Source of the DNA: Histomonas meleagridis 2922-C6/04-290x
Taxonomy: Eukaryota; Protista; Parabasalia
NCBI GenBank assembly: GCA_020184695.1
Contig: JAANOX010000242.1
Span: 186,001-250,000 of the forward strand
DNA: 64,000 nucleotides
Reading direction: 5' to 3'
The notes under the pieces were generated by a model. That model did no database searches, had not been told where the DNA came from, and saw only the letters and a list, made by a program, of their open reading frames with translations. Within the stretch, counting starts at the first letter, position 1; each line of letters starts with the position of its first letter. Positions 1 through 10,385 of this stretch are shown in pieces. Position numbers and translations under genes: made by a program.

Positions 1-292
1 CTATAAAAACATATCATTTTACTACTGACGTTCTATCCAAAAGTATTTAATTTATATTAGATATATCATTTTTAAGCAGATCCTTATTGTTAATAAATTC
101 AAAATATTATCTTCATTCAAATTAAAAAAAGATTACTGCTATAGATATTAAATCTTGTGTGGGCTCAAACAAGGAACGAAGAATGATTTATAAACTTGCT
201 TGATATTGTTTCCAACTGGAAAAGACGATTAAATAAAACTGAAAAAAAGCTGCTTTGACTTTTTGAATGACACTTTTCCTTCAAAAATAGAA

Positions 293-304
293 AACGGTTT
301 GGCC
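293..304 (+). promoter_or_regulatory. Myb/M3-like core promoter element AACGGTTTGGCC upstream of RPL38
   Basis: The same 12-mer lies upstream of RPL29 (21718-21729, minus). AACGGTT fits the trichomonad M3 core-promoter motif as I recall it. Confidence 0.55.
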
Positions 305-318
305 ATCCATTCCGTTAC

Positions 319-546
319 ATGCCAAAATCAGTTGCAACTCCACGTAAATTCCTTGAGCTTGCTGCTCGACCAGATGCTAAATGGGTCAAGGTCAAGAAAG
401 TTAAAAAGAGCGGTGACACAAAATTCAAGCTCAGGACTACAAAATATCTTTACACATTAACTGTTAAGCAACCCAAGTTTGTTCAACTTGTTACAGAATC
501 AATTCCTCAAGGACTTGAAGTAATCTATCTTGACAAACGCGAATAA
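319..546 (+). CDS. RPL38: 60S ribosomal protein L38 (eL38)
   Basis: 75-aa basic ORF MPK...KFLELAARPDAKWVKVKK...TKFKLRTTKYLYTL; recognisable eL38 signature. Confidence 0.95.
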   Translation: MPKSVATPRKFLELAARPDAKWVKVKKVKKSGDTKFKLRTTKYLYTLTVKQPKFVQLVTESIPQGLEVIYLDKRE

Positions 547-662
547 ATAAACTTTTAATTTTTTTTTTCTCAATGAAATTATTTCATATAAATCTTTTCC
601 TCAACTTTTTTTTTAAAACTCAAAAATTTTACCGTATAATATTTACAAAAAAACAATTATTG

Positions 663-2711
663 TTATCCAAGACCGAGTAAAAATTTCATCGACTCTATCG
701 GGTCCCCCCTAATTAGGGGTGCATATTGGGGCACCTCATTCGACTCAAGCACCAATTCAACTTCGGGTGAAAACGAAAAAATTTCTGGTGTTATTTCAGA
801 CTTTGGCTGTTCATTTTGATTTCTTTTCACTGCTGTTTGTTGACTTACGTTGGAATTTCGAAGATAAGTTTTTGATTGTGGATTTCCACTTCTTTTTTGT
901 GCATTATTTGTTGGTTTCTGTATTTTGACTTGCTGTTGATTTTCAAGCATCATCTGTTCGTACTGTTCAACATCATCTGTTACTGTAAACATGTAAGTAC
1001 ATGGACCATCGTTATCGAATAAATCAAATAATGTTAGATCTGTATTCAAAATTGGTTCACTGCCTTTCTTTGGCTTTCTCCCACGATTTTTCTTTCCGAT
1101 CAGTTGGTCTTTCTTCTTTGTCTTAGGTGATTTTTGGCGACGATTATCAGTATGTCGTGTTACTGATGGAGTTTCTTTTTCCTCCCGTATTGGTTTGTTT
1201 TCTACTTTGTCATCTGGCGCTGTACAATGCCAACCAATCCATTTATTGAGCTCTTCTAAAATTCCTGGAATGAAATCAATTCCGAGTGTAAGTTCATCTC
1301 CAGCTTTAATAAATTCTTCAGTTGAGCTACCTGGGCTAAGGCTAGCATCACCGACAAAAACACCACAATAAACTGATGAGCCAACTTCGAAAAGCTTTAA
1401 TACGCAATTTCCAAACATTGATCGACGCATCTTATGTAGTGGTGAGAATTCAATATGAGATGTGTCTAGAACAAGACGTGTGTCTGCTATTTGATAAAAA
1501 CGAAAGTCAACACCATCATCATAATTAAACTCTTCAAGATCACCAACAAGTCCTTCGGCGACCGTTACAAACTGTCCCTTTTTCAAATCAACCGCTGTGA
1601 AGAGACCGTTTTCCTTAACGTTGGAAAGCGACGGTTCTGGCACTGATGGAAGCTTGAGCAGATTTCCCTGGATACGGCCAAGCTCAAACGTAGTATTCTC
1701 TGTTAGCTTACAGCCAGTTTCAAATGGCTCTTTTATTTCAACGTCTGTTCTATAAATGTCATTAAACAAAAGATCATTAAATATCCAGGTGAATTGCTCT
1801 TCATCCAAGCCATAAAAATGGTTACAAAGATACTTTGATCCTGTTAGAAATGATTGAAAAAGATTATGTCTCTTTTTTCGAGAAATCAAACTTGGATTGA
1901 GAGGATGACAAATAAAAAAGAATGAACGAAATCGATCATAAAATGATTCACAGAATTCTCTGTAGTTTAATGTGGCTTCATCAATATCTATAGATAAAAA
2001 ATCATTAAAGGGACTGTTATAAATATGATTTGGAAGGTTCTCAACCTTATCTTGTGTGAATGTATATGTAATGTCGTTGTCAATTTTGACGTTATGTGAT
2101 AATTTAATTTTTGGATAAGTTAATTTAGATTTTCCACAAAAATTGCAAACATAATCTCCACGAGGCAGAGGTCCAAAGAGCAGTCCGACACATCTGCGAT
2201 GGACATAATATCCACAATGTGTACATTGAATTAGTGAAAATAAATAATTTAGATTGTTATTGCACTTACATCTGATTGGCCTATGACCGCAAGTCTCGCA
2301 AATGTATTTGTCTGGAACAGTGTGTTGATTAAGGCCAACGCAAATTGCATGCTGCCAACATCCACATTTTTCACATCCAACTAAAAGTCCTGATATTGTT
2401 TTTTCTTGACAAATACATCGCAGCGTCCACTTCTCGTCTCCTTCTTCTTCAATAATTGTTGGAGGTGGAAATTCTACCAAAAATTTAGGTTTTGGAATGG
2501 CACCTTGAAGTGATTTTGAGCGTCTCAAAGCGTTGCTTTGTGATTGTGCCATACTATTTCGTAAATTTTGTTTTGTATTATTGCTTATTTCAGAAAATGA
2601 TGGGATAAATAAATATGGCATAATGTTGTTTGGTCTTCCAAGCAGATGTGGTTCTTCTGTAATTTGTTCTTTTGCTTCTGTTTCTATTTCTATTTCGTTT
2701 TCGTTCATCAT
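663..2711 (-). CDS. Tandem PHD finger + SET-like protein (Set3/Set4/KMT2E-like, probably catalytically inactive)
   Basis: C-x-C...C-x2-C...HxxC PHD motifs twice; SET-like GLFTAVDLKKGQFV...MRRS...IKAGDELTL. Likely start is ATG at 2711 (MMNENE), preceded by AAAGTGACA; the upstream part of the track ORF is AT-rich non-coding-like. Confidence 0.75.
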   Translation of the reverse strand: MMNENEIEIETEAKEQITEEPHLLGRPNNIMPYLFIPSFSEISNNTKQNLRNSMAQSQSNALRRSKSLQGAIPKPKFLVEFPPPTIIEEEGDEKWTLRCICQEKTISGLLVGCEKCGCWQHAICVGLNQHTVPDKYICETCGHRPIRCKCNNNLNYLFSLIQCTHCGYYVHRRCVGLLFGPLPRGDYVCNFCGKSKLTYPKIKLSHNVKIDNDITYTFTQDKVENLPNHIYNSPFNDFLSIDIDEATLNYREFCESFYDRFRSFFFICHPLNPSLISRKKRHNLFQSFLTGSKYLCNHFYGLDEEQFTWIFNDLLFNDIYRTDVEIKEPFETGCKLTENTTFELGRIQGNLLKLPSVPEPSLSNVKENGLFTAVDLKKGQFVTVAEGLVGDLEEFNYDDGVDFRFYQIADTRLVLDTSHIEFSPLHKMRRSMFGNCVLKLFEVGSSVYCGVFVGDASLSPGSSTEEFIKAGDELTLGIDFIPGILEELNKWIGWHCTAPDDKVENKPIREEKETPSVTRHTDNRRQKSPKTKKKDQLIGKKNRGRKPKKGSEPILNTDLTLFDLFDNDGPCTYMFTVTDDVEQYEQMMLENQQQVKIQKPTNNAQKRSGNPQSKTYLRNSNVSQQTAVKRNQNEQPKSEITPEIFSFSPEVELVLESNEVPQYAPLIRGDPIESMKFLLGLG

Positions 2712-2955
2712 TGTCACTTTTTTGTAGAATAGTTTTTTCTTTTTCTTTTTCTTCTGTTTGCGCTTCATTGGAATGCATAATACATTTAGGGATTGAATTA
2801 ATAATTTTAATGTATTTTTAAATTTATAAAAAAAAATAAAATAAAAGTCTTTTTTATGATTTATAGATATGACTAATCTTTTATGAAAAATTATATGATC
2901 AAGATTTTGTAAAATCGAAACATGAAAAAACATGATTTATTAATATTATTTTTGA

Positions 2956-4287
2956 TTATAGCTCATTTAACTTCTTTTTTTTTAAACAATATTTGTTAAA
3001 GCTCATCGAAGTGATTATGTCTTCCTTCTTATTAACTCTGAACTTGTAGACATCTAGATTTCCGAATTTTAATTTTTGGTATTTATTTGAAGTCATTATT
3101 ACCGATGTTCTTATATCTGAGAAAGCACCAGAATCAATTTTTGGCTCATTTTCTCCATTGAAAAAGATGCACCCAAGTTTAGTGCATTTAGAGAATGCAT
3201 ATTTCCCAATATATTCAATGTTTTTACCAAATATTAATATCTCTAAATTTATACACCCTTTAAAAGCACTATTTCCAATTTCTGTTATGGAATTGTTTAA
3301 TATAAGATATGTTAAGCTAATACAAGAAAGAAATGCACCTTTTTTGATCTTTCTTAATTTTTCTCTAAAGTATATATTTTTTAATTCATGACAATATTCA
3401 AACGCATAACTTCCAATTGTTGTTACAGGAAACGGAACTTCAAATTTATCTTTATTACCGCATGGATAACAAACAATGGTTTTTAAATCTTTTGTATATA
3501 AAATTCCATCATTTTGATAATTAGAAAAATTCAAATTTCTTTTATCGACATTAATGTATCGTAAATTTTGACAACATCCAAATGCATGAGATCCAACAAA
3601 AGAAACATTTATTCCAATAGTAATACCATTTAAATTCGAACAATTATAAAAAGCTTTTTTTCCAATAGAAGAAACAGAATCTGATATTAATGCCAGTAAA
3701 AGTTTATTACATTCACAAAATGTAAAATCACCAATTTTTGTAACATTTTTTCCCATAGCTATTGAATCTAAATTAGAACAATTATAAAAAGAAAAACATT
3801 CAATAATAATAAGTGAATCAGGGAATGTAACATTTGATAATTTAAAACATGAATAAAATGAATGACTTCCAATATATCTTAAACCATTTCCAAATGAAAC
3901 AAAATTTAAATTAATACATAAATTAAAGGAATAATTACCTATAATTAAAAGTGAATCTGGAAATGTTACATTTGTTAACTTACTACATCCAGAGAAAGCA
4001 AATATTCCTATAATTAAAACATTTTTTCCAAGTTCTAATAATTCTAATTTCTTGCAGTTTTCGAATGAATAATCACCAATTGTTTTTATACTGTCTCCAA
4101 TCTTTGCTGTTATTATTTCAGGCCATTCTTTAAATGCATAATTTTTTACATGTGTAACATTTCCATGAATGATAACATGTTTTACTTGGTTTATATCATA
4201 ATTTTTATTACTTGTTTTATTATTATTACAGGAAATCTTACAGAAAAATATAAAGAAGAAAATGCTTACTGAAGATTGAATTTGCAT
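2956..4287 (-). CDS. BspA-like (LRR_5) surface/secreted protein without C-terminal TM
   Basis: Repeated 23-aa TpLRR units (IG.YAF..C..L..V.FP); hydrophobic N-terminus; first ATG at 4287. Confidence 0.88.
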   Translation of the reverse strand: MQIQSSVSIFFFIFFCKISCNNNKTSNKNYDINQVKHVIIHGNVTHVKNYAFKEWPEIITAKIGDSIKTIGDYSFENCKKLELLELGKNVLIIGIFAFSGCSKLTNVTFPDSLLIIGNYSFNLCINLNFVSFGNGLRYIGSHSFYSCFKLSNVTFPDSLIIIECFSFYNCSNLDSIAMGKNVTKIGDFTFCECNKLLLALISDSVSSIGKKAFYNCSNLNGITIGINVSFVGSHAFGCCQNLRYINVDKRNLNFSNYQNDGILYTKDLKTIVCYPCGNKDKFEVPFPVTTIGSYAFEYCHELKNIYFREKLRKIKKGAFLSCISLTYLILNNSITEIGNSAFKGCINLEILIFGKNIEYIGKYAFSKCTKLGCIFFNGENEPKIDSGAFSDIRTSVIMTSNKYQKLKFGNLDVYKFRVNKKEDIITSMSFNKYCLKKKKLNEL

Positions 4288-4636
4288 TTTCTTCTGGGCC
4301 AATAAAAGTTAAAAAAGAAGAATTAAAATTCTTTTTTTTCAAATTGTTTTCAATAAACAAAAAAATTTATATTTTATTATATAAAAATGAGTTTTAAGTT
4401 TTTTCTCAATTTTTCTTTTTTCAAATTGTTATTTTTTAACAAGCGTATTTTGTGCAAACTCTTCTATTGATTATTACTTCAATAGAATAAAAAAAATTAA
4501 TACAAGGTTTCACCACAAACACTGTGTGATAATTTCAAATTTTGAACTTTCGATATTACAATATTATTTCCATTTATATCGCGAATTTTAAAGAAAACAT
4601 TTAAGAAATCTTTTTTATTAATTAACAAAAACATAA

Positions 4637-5599
4637 TTAGTTAATATACTTAAAGATATGCGCTCTATTCGCGAACATTTTATATTCCGGTTTCACTTTT
4701 TCCACATCCAATTTATGAATGCTTCGAATCAAATCATATGATATCACAGATGAGCCGAAATTCTTTTCTATATATTTGTTCACCACCACATTTGCAGCTG
4801 TGTGATTCTTTACGTGATTTTTTTGGAGTTCATATACATAACATGAGTCCATCAGATCTCGAACAAAAATAAGATCAAGTCCGACTTCACGACAATAAAG
4901 AAAGACAGCCATTAGGCACATGTTCGTATGCTGCCCAAGGATTATAACTGTCTTCTTTCCGAGGCCGACAAATGATTCGGCTGATTCACGAAAATTCTGA
5001 ACAATGTAATCTGACTCCGCAACAACAATTTGTTTGGTCAGATGGTTGTCACGATATTTGCCAAAGCGTTCTTGTTCACTATAGACGCAAACATCTTGAA
5101 ATCCGGGAATATATTCATTGTGATATCGGGCAGCTTGTGCATTGTATTGTTCGAGAATAGGAAGAGCTCCCTTCTTAGCAACTTCAATACCTGCTTTTCG
5201 CATTTTGGTATGGCCAGTATAAGCATCTGCTCCCATTGATATATGGACAACAGGTAGGCCAATAGAACGAAGTAATTGAGTAAGTTCATTGATCCTTGGT
5301 GTGAAAAAGAACTCTCGGTCATTGTAATATGTACACCAGTGTGATCTCCACATATCAATATATACAACTGTTTCTGAAAGATTAATTGTTTTTTTCAGGT
5401 AGTAATATCCACTGTCACCATATTTACGAATTTTAATTCTTAGTTTATCATTTTTTTTGGACTCTGTATTAATTTTTGGTTTTGGTATTGATTGATTGTA
5501 TGGTGGATTTAAAACTAAGTAAAGAATCCATCCAAGGACAATTACTACTGAAAGAATACTAAAAATATGTTCTTTTTTTCTTGAACTAAATAAATTCAT
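4637..5599 (-). CDS. Isochorismatase-like cysteine hydrolase with N-terminal membrane anchor
   Basis: IDMWRSHWC (catalytic Asp region), GQHTNMC (catalytic Cys motif), RDLMDS; TM segment at about aa 12-30. Confidence 0.65.
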   Translation of the reverse strand: MNLFSSRKKEHIFSILSVVIVLGWILYLVLNPPYNQSIPKPKINTESKKNDKLRIKIRKYGDSGYYYLKKTINLSETVVYIDMWRSHWCTYYNDREFFFTPRINELTQLLRSIGLPVVHISMGADAYTGHTKMRKAGIEVAKKGALPILEQYNAQAARYHNEYIPGFQDVCVYSEQERFGKYRDNHLTKQIVVAESDYIVQNFRESAESFVGLGKKTVIILGQHTNMCLMAVFLYCREVGLDLIFVRDLMDSCYVYELQKNHVKNHTAANVVVNKYIEKNFGSSVISYDLIRSIHKLDVEKVKPEYKMFANRAHIFKYIN

Positions 5600-6361
5600 T
5601 TTACCTCAAGTAACACACTTTTACGGTTAGAAAAAATAAAATGTGATTATTGCGTTAAATAATTTATAATTCTTAAGAATAACTCAAAAAATAGTAAAAA
5701 CTTTGTTGTTGATACAAAGTATTAAAAATTTTTTATTATCATGAAGTCTTCATTAAAAATTCATTTATCTTCATAATAAAAATTTTCATATATTTTGATT
5801 AAAAGCAACATTTATACAATTTGCACAAAGCTAGATGGTAAATTTTTTTTAGCAAAACTGTTAAAGTATTTGTAAATTAATTTTTGTTTCAACAAATATT
5901 AATATTTAATAATTTTATGTGATAAATTGAAAAATTTAAAGTGCATTCTTGTTTCCTTAAATAGACATAAGAGTTTGAAATACAATTTGATTTCCATTAC
6001 AAATTTTATTTTTTTGTTATTTTGGATTTTAAGCGCATTTCAATAGCATGGAAAATAGGGCTCAACAGTATACATTTTTAGAATAACACAACTGTTGCAC
6101 TTCACAGCTGAAAGCCGCAGAACAAATTTTTAGCGGTTAATCATCCGATCAAAGACGATTCAATATTTCATTTATCTTAAATATAATTTTTTCATTAATT
6201 TCTCAAGTTAATATTGTTTTTCATATAATAGTATTTTACAAATAATATAGAGAATATAATTACATAATTTAGATTGATTTTTATTCAGAAACCATTAAGT
6301 TTCACCAATCCAAATTTTAACGTTCCAAAAATACCTTACACAAAAATTGTAATAGCGTTGA

Positions 6362-8608
6362 ATGGGAGGTGAAGGGAATAACAACTACAAAGATATTCTT
6401 CTCCAAGCTCATCCAATTTTTCGAGTTCCGACAACCAAAATATATTGGTGTGAAAATGTTAAAAAAATTAGTTCACGTCGATCATTATCAAGGATTCTTG
6501 TAATCGCTTCACCAGGAATCTTTCTTTTAAAAAAGAAATCATTTCCTCGAAGTTCCGTTGTTGCGCGAATAATTTCATATTCAGAATTAGCTTTAATCCT
6601 CGTTGAAAATAATACATTACAAATTTGTAAGCCAAAAGTTACAATGACAATACAACACCCGAAATATCTCGAAGCCGTTGGCATTATTTGCACAGTAATT
6701 AGAGAAATGTTTAGTGAGTTAAAACCTCCGAAAATTGTAATTGATAAATCTCTTCAAGCACAAATAGATCAAATTAATTTCCACGTTAATCAAAAAACTC
6801 TTTTAGCAGATCGTTTTTTAAGTTTTTGTTTATTATTACCACCAAAATCTCTTGTCATTGATCAGGTAACAGATATATATCATAGACTTAAACGGTCTCC
6901 GAAATGTGTCAGATTTAATTCTGAGCTCGTTAGCTCTAATTTGGTGAGTGCCGTCGCTCAATCTGTTTCTTATGACACTAAAGTTCAAGCACTTCAAATT
7001 CAAAATGTGAACCTCCCTATTTTCCTTCCACATTATAATCAAATTGTTCAAAACAATCATTCTGTCAAACGCGTTTCGTTCCAATCTGTTTCCTTTACGG
7101 GTTCATATGATTCTTATATACAAGTTTTAGAGAGCCAGCCATTATTTAAGGCATCGTCATATTCATTTTTAGAATGTCAACTTAAGACAAATAATTTCAT
7201 TACCTTCTTGAAGACATTTGATAAGTCATATCCCGTTAGTATACGTTCCTTTTCTATTGTCCGTGCCAATCTTAACATTGAAATTCTTTATGATATCTTC
7301 AATTTAATCAGCACATCAAAAACATTTGATGGACTTCGACGGTTTTGCATCAGTGAAATTCAAAGCAAAGATCCGTTAGAAAGCACTTTTGCGGACTTTT
7401 TCAATGACACTTTTCTGACCAATCATGAACAACTTCAAACCGTTACGCTTCACGATGACAATTTTTCGGTTGATAAGATTTTACCCATTATAACGTCAAA
7501 AGCTAACAAAATAACGACGTTAAATATTACCCGTAATCGGTTTAATTCAAATATTGAACCAATTCCAAGTTATCAACTTATTCAAGAACTTAATTTGTCA
7601 CATTCGACGTTTAGTTCTGAAACCTTATTGAATTTTTTGAAGTCGTTTTCATTAAGTGAAATAACACCGCAGACGTTAATTTTGGATTCGTTAAATGTTA
7701 ATTCACAACAAGAATTAGATATAATATATCAAAACTTAAAGACGATCAAACTTCCGAAAGTTCAATTTCTTTCTTGGAATTCAAATTTAATGAATTTTGA
7801 ACGATTTCAAATGTTTATCGAATTTGTCAAATTACAAAATGAATTAACTGGAATTGGAATATCGAATTGTATTACACCGCATAATGAAATTAATTTATAT
7901 GTTACTGAAATCATCAAATTAATTCAACAGAAACAATTAAAACGATTGGACATAAGAGGCTCAAGTACATTAATATTAAGTTCAAATATGATTCCAATAC
8001 TTGAAGCATTAAATGAACAAAAAATTATTGAAGTTTTAGATGTTACTGGTCAAGAAATAGGTCAAAATGGATTAAATATATTATTAAAATTATCAAATAA
8101 TTGTCTTGAAGAATTACGCTTTGATAATAATACCCCGGAAAACTTCGATTTATATTATAATTTCTTAAATGATATTATGAACTCAAAGTTGTTGAATTCA
8201 GAATGGCCCGAAAATGATATAAAATCAATTCTCCAAAAAGTTGCAACTTCTCAAAGAAAAATTATCGAAAATAAATTCGAACAATTGAAGAAAAAATTCG
8301 TAAAGAAATTTAATGATGAAAATTTGAATAAAGTTAAACAAAGTCAAAATCAAATCTCGGGAAGAACTTCGAAATCAAGATCTGCTACAGTGATGTTAAT
8401 GAAGAAAAAGAATGACGATGATAATAATAACATTTCAAAACATTTGATCGATTTCGATACGTTGCTGGAAAGAAATCAATCAGTGGAAAATTACTTGAAA
8501 GAATGTATAGGTGAGTTGGATAATGATAAAGAACCTTTGCTGGTAGCAATGAAAATGCTAAATGACGAAACTTCATTGGAAATGTTTTTAGGTCAATCAA
8601 ATGTTTGA
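6362..8608 (+). CDS. CARMIL-like protein (N-terminal PH-like domain + leucine-rich repeats)
   Basis: N-terminal RILVIASPGIFLL...ISYSEL resembles the CARMIL PH domain; RI-type LRRs (LNITRN, LNLSHS, LDIRGS, LDVTGQEIGQNG). Confidence 0.6.
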   Translation: MGGEGNNNYKDILLQAHPIFRVPTTKIYWCENVKKISSRRSLSRILVIASPGIFLLKKKSFPRSSVVARIISYSELALILVENNTLQICKPKVTMTIQHPKYLEAVGIICTVIREMFSELKPPKIVIDKSLQAQIDQINFHVNQKTLLADRFLSFCLLLPPKSLVIDQVTDIYHRLKRSPKCVRFNSELVSSNLVSAVAQSVSYDTKVQALQIQNVNLPIFLPHYNQIVQNNHSVKRVSFQSVSFTGSYDSYIQVLESQPLFKASSYSFLECQLKTNNFITFLKTFDKSYPVSIRSFSIVRANLNIEILYDIFNLISTSKTFDGLRRFCISEIQSKDPLESTFADFFNDTFLTNHEQLQTVTLHDDNFSVDKILPIITSKANKITTLNITRNRFNSNIEPIPSYQLIQELNLSHSTFSSETLLNFLKSFSLSEITPQTLILDSLNVNSQQELDIIYQNLKTIKLPKVQFLSWNSNLMNFERFQMFIEFVKLQNELTGIGISNCITPHNEINLYVTEIIKLIQQKQLKRLDIRGSSTLILSSNMIPILEALNEQKIIEVLDVTGQEIGQNGLNILLKLSNNCLEELRFDNNTPENFDLYYNFLNDIMNSKLLNSEWPENDIKSILQKVATSQRKIIENKFEQLKKKFVKKFNDENLNKVKQSQNQISGRTSKSRSATVMLMKKKNDDDNNNISKHLIDFDTLLERNQSVENYLKECIGELDNDKEPLLVAMKMLNDETSLEMFLGQSNV

Positions 8609-9068
8609 TGCGATGTAAACTTTAAAAAAAGTTGTGATATACGTTTAGAAATAAATAAAAATATTTTCTTCATTAACGAGAAATTTAAAATATAATTTCG
8701 TGGCAAAATGTGTTTTGGGATTCTTTATGTGTGTTGTGAATAAAGAAATATGCATATTGTTTTAAAGATTTGTTTCTTCTAAACGATCAAACAGTTAAAA
8801 ACAAATATTATTTTTTAAACGACAAACATAAAACGTTTCATTATTATATTCAATGCTAATGATTGACATTACATTAACATTAATGATTATTAATAATAAA
8901 CTAATTAGTTGGATTTATTTTTTCTACCCAAGCTAAAAATCATGCACTCGTTTGATAAGTGTATTTCTCTCTTATAATAGAATTATTGATTTATCTTTCT
9001 TTAAGATGCTGTTCTAAAAAGTTTTTATATTTTAACGGATTTTGGAATGGCACTTTTATAAACTTGAA

Positions 9069-9764
9069 ATGATGCAAACAATGGATCAAGCTGATCTTCC
9101 TGACCCTGATATTACAGGATCACATGAAGAATTTTGGACATTTACACAGGTTTCTCAATGGGGATCACATTGGCCATATTCTAATAATGAACATTTAAAC
9201 CAGGTTCGAAACGTTGTTATCACAGTTAGAAACTTAGGTATTAATAACGGAATAAAGCCTCGCATGGTTCATATTGCACAAATGCTTATTTGGAGATTTT
9301 ATTTAAGTGAAAGTATTGCAGAGTATCCTTCCAAAGATATAATTCCACTTGCATTCGAAAGCGCAGCGCAACTTCTTGAAACTTCATTTCAATTCAAAGT
9401 AAATCAGATGCCACATAGCATGGATAACAATAAGCAATTGTCTGAATTCCAATTACATTTCAAATTAGTCAATGCTCTTAACTTTAACATCAGAATTCAT
9501 CACCCTTCAGATTACCTTAGTCATTATGTTAATTCCAAATTCACAAATGAACAGTTCCAATTAGCCGAATGTATAATCTCAGATTCTTTCTTATGCCCTT
9601 GTTGCTTAGTACATAGGCCTACAACAATCGCAGAGGGGTCGGCAATAATGGCGGCCGGCATGAAGAACAATACAGATTCAGTTATCCCAAGATCAACAAA
9701 GGCCATTTCGTTTATAAAAGATATGAATTGGTTTTACAACCAAAGCTTCAACCAGAAAAAGTAA
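9069..9764 (+). CDS. Transcriptional cyclin (C/H/T/K-like)
   Basis: Cyclin-box-like AQMLIWRFYLSESIAEY and LVNALNFNIRIHHPSDYL; first ATG at 9069. Confidence 0.6.
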   Translation: MMQTMDQADLPDPDITGSHEEFWTFTQVSQWGSHWPYSNNEHLNQVRNVVITVRNLGINNGIKPRMVHIAQMLIWRFYLSESIAEYPSKDIIPLAFESAAQLLETSFQFKVNQMPHSMDNNKQLSEFQLHFKLVNALNFNIRIHHPSDYLSHYVNSKFTNEQFQLAECIISDSFLCPCCLVHRPTTIAEGSAIMAAGMKNNTDSVIPRSTKAISFIKDMNWFYNQSFNQKK

Positions 9765-10385
9765 ATAAATAATTTTGTTTTCAATCAATTATATCTTTTG
9801 AACATATCTATTCAAGGAAATGAATTAAATTCGAACTGATTTGGTCGAAAAGATTTGAAAAAGTTTTAATTTTCGTTCATAAGAATTGTTTCCATGTTTA
9901 CCTTTAACATTCATGAATGTTTTCAAATTAGTAGAAACAAATTTTCTAACAATTGTTAACGTTAAAAAGTTTGATACTGTTAGATTCAGAAAACTATTAG
10001 TAATTTTATGTAATGTATGAATTCACATTAGCTGTTCAGGGAGTTGGCACCTCAAGAAAATCAGCAACAACATTGGTAAATATCTTCATATTAACAATAT
10101 AAATGTGAACATACAGTGCTTCAAGTATTGCTGTATATTAAAAAAATCATCTTATTAAAATAAAAAATAAACATAACAAAAATACAAAATTTTCTCTAAC
10201 TATTGTTTAAATTCGAGAATTATCAAACTTAAATTTTCATATTATAAAATAAAATCGAAGTTAAATTTTTGAAATTAACAGTAAATACCAACTTCGCCGA
10301 AATCATATCAAAAATAAAAACAATTAAATATATCGAATTTAATATTTATTAATAAATGTTTTGGATCGAATATGATTCAATTGAT

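Noticed and set aside
6062-6150. Two small hairpins (CAACAGT/ACTGTTG and CCGC/GCGG) suggesting an ncRNA
   Set aside because: Short stems, no recognisable box motifs; plausible by chance
9800-10140. Coding-like remnants here and at about 14880-15200, 21900-22130 and 26390-26930
   Set aside because: Multiple stops and no recognisable family; cannot support a call
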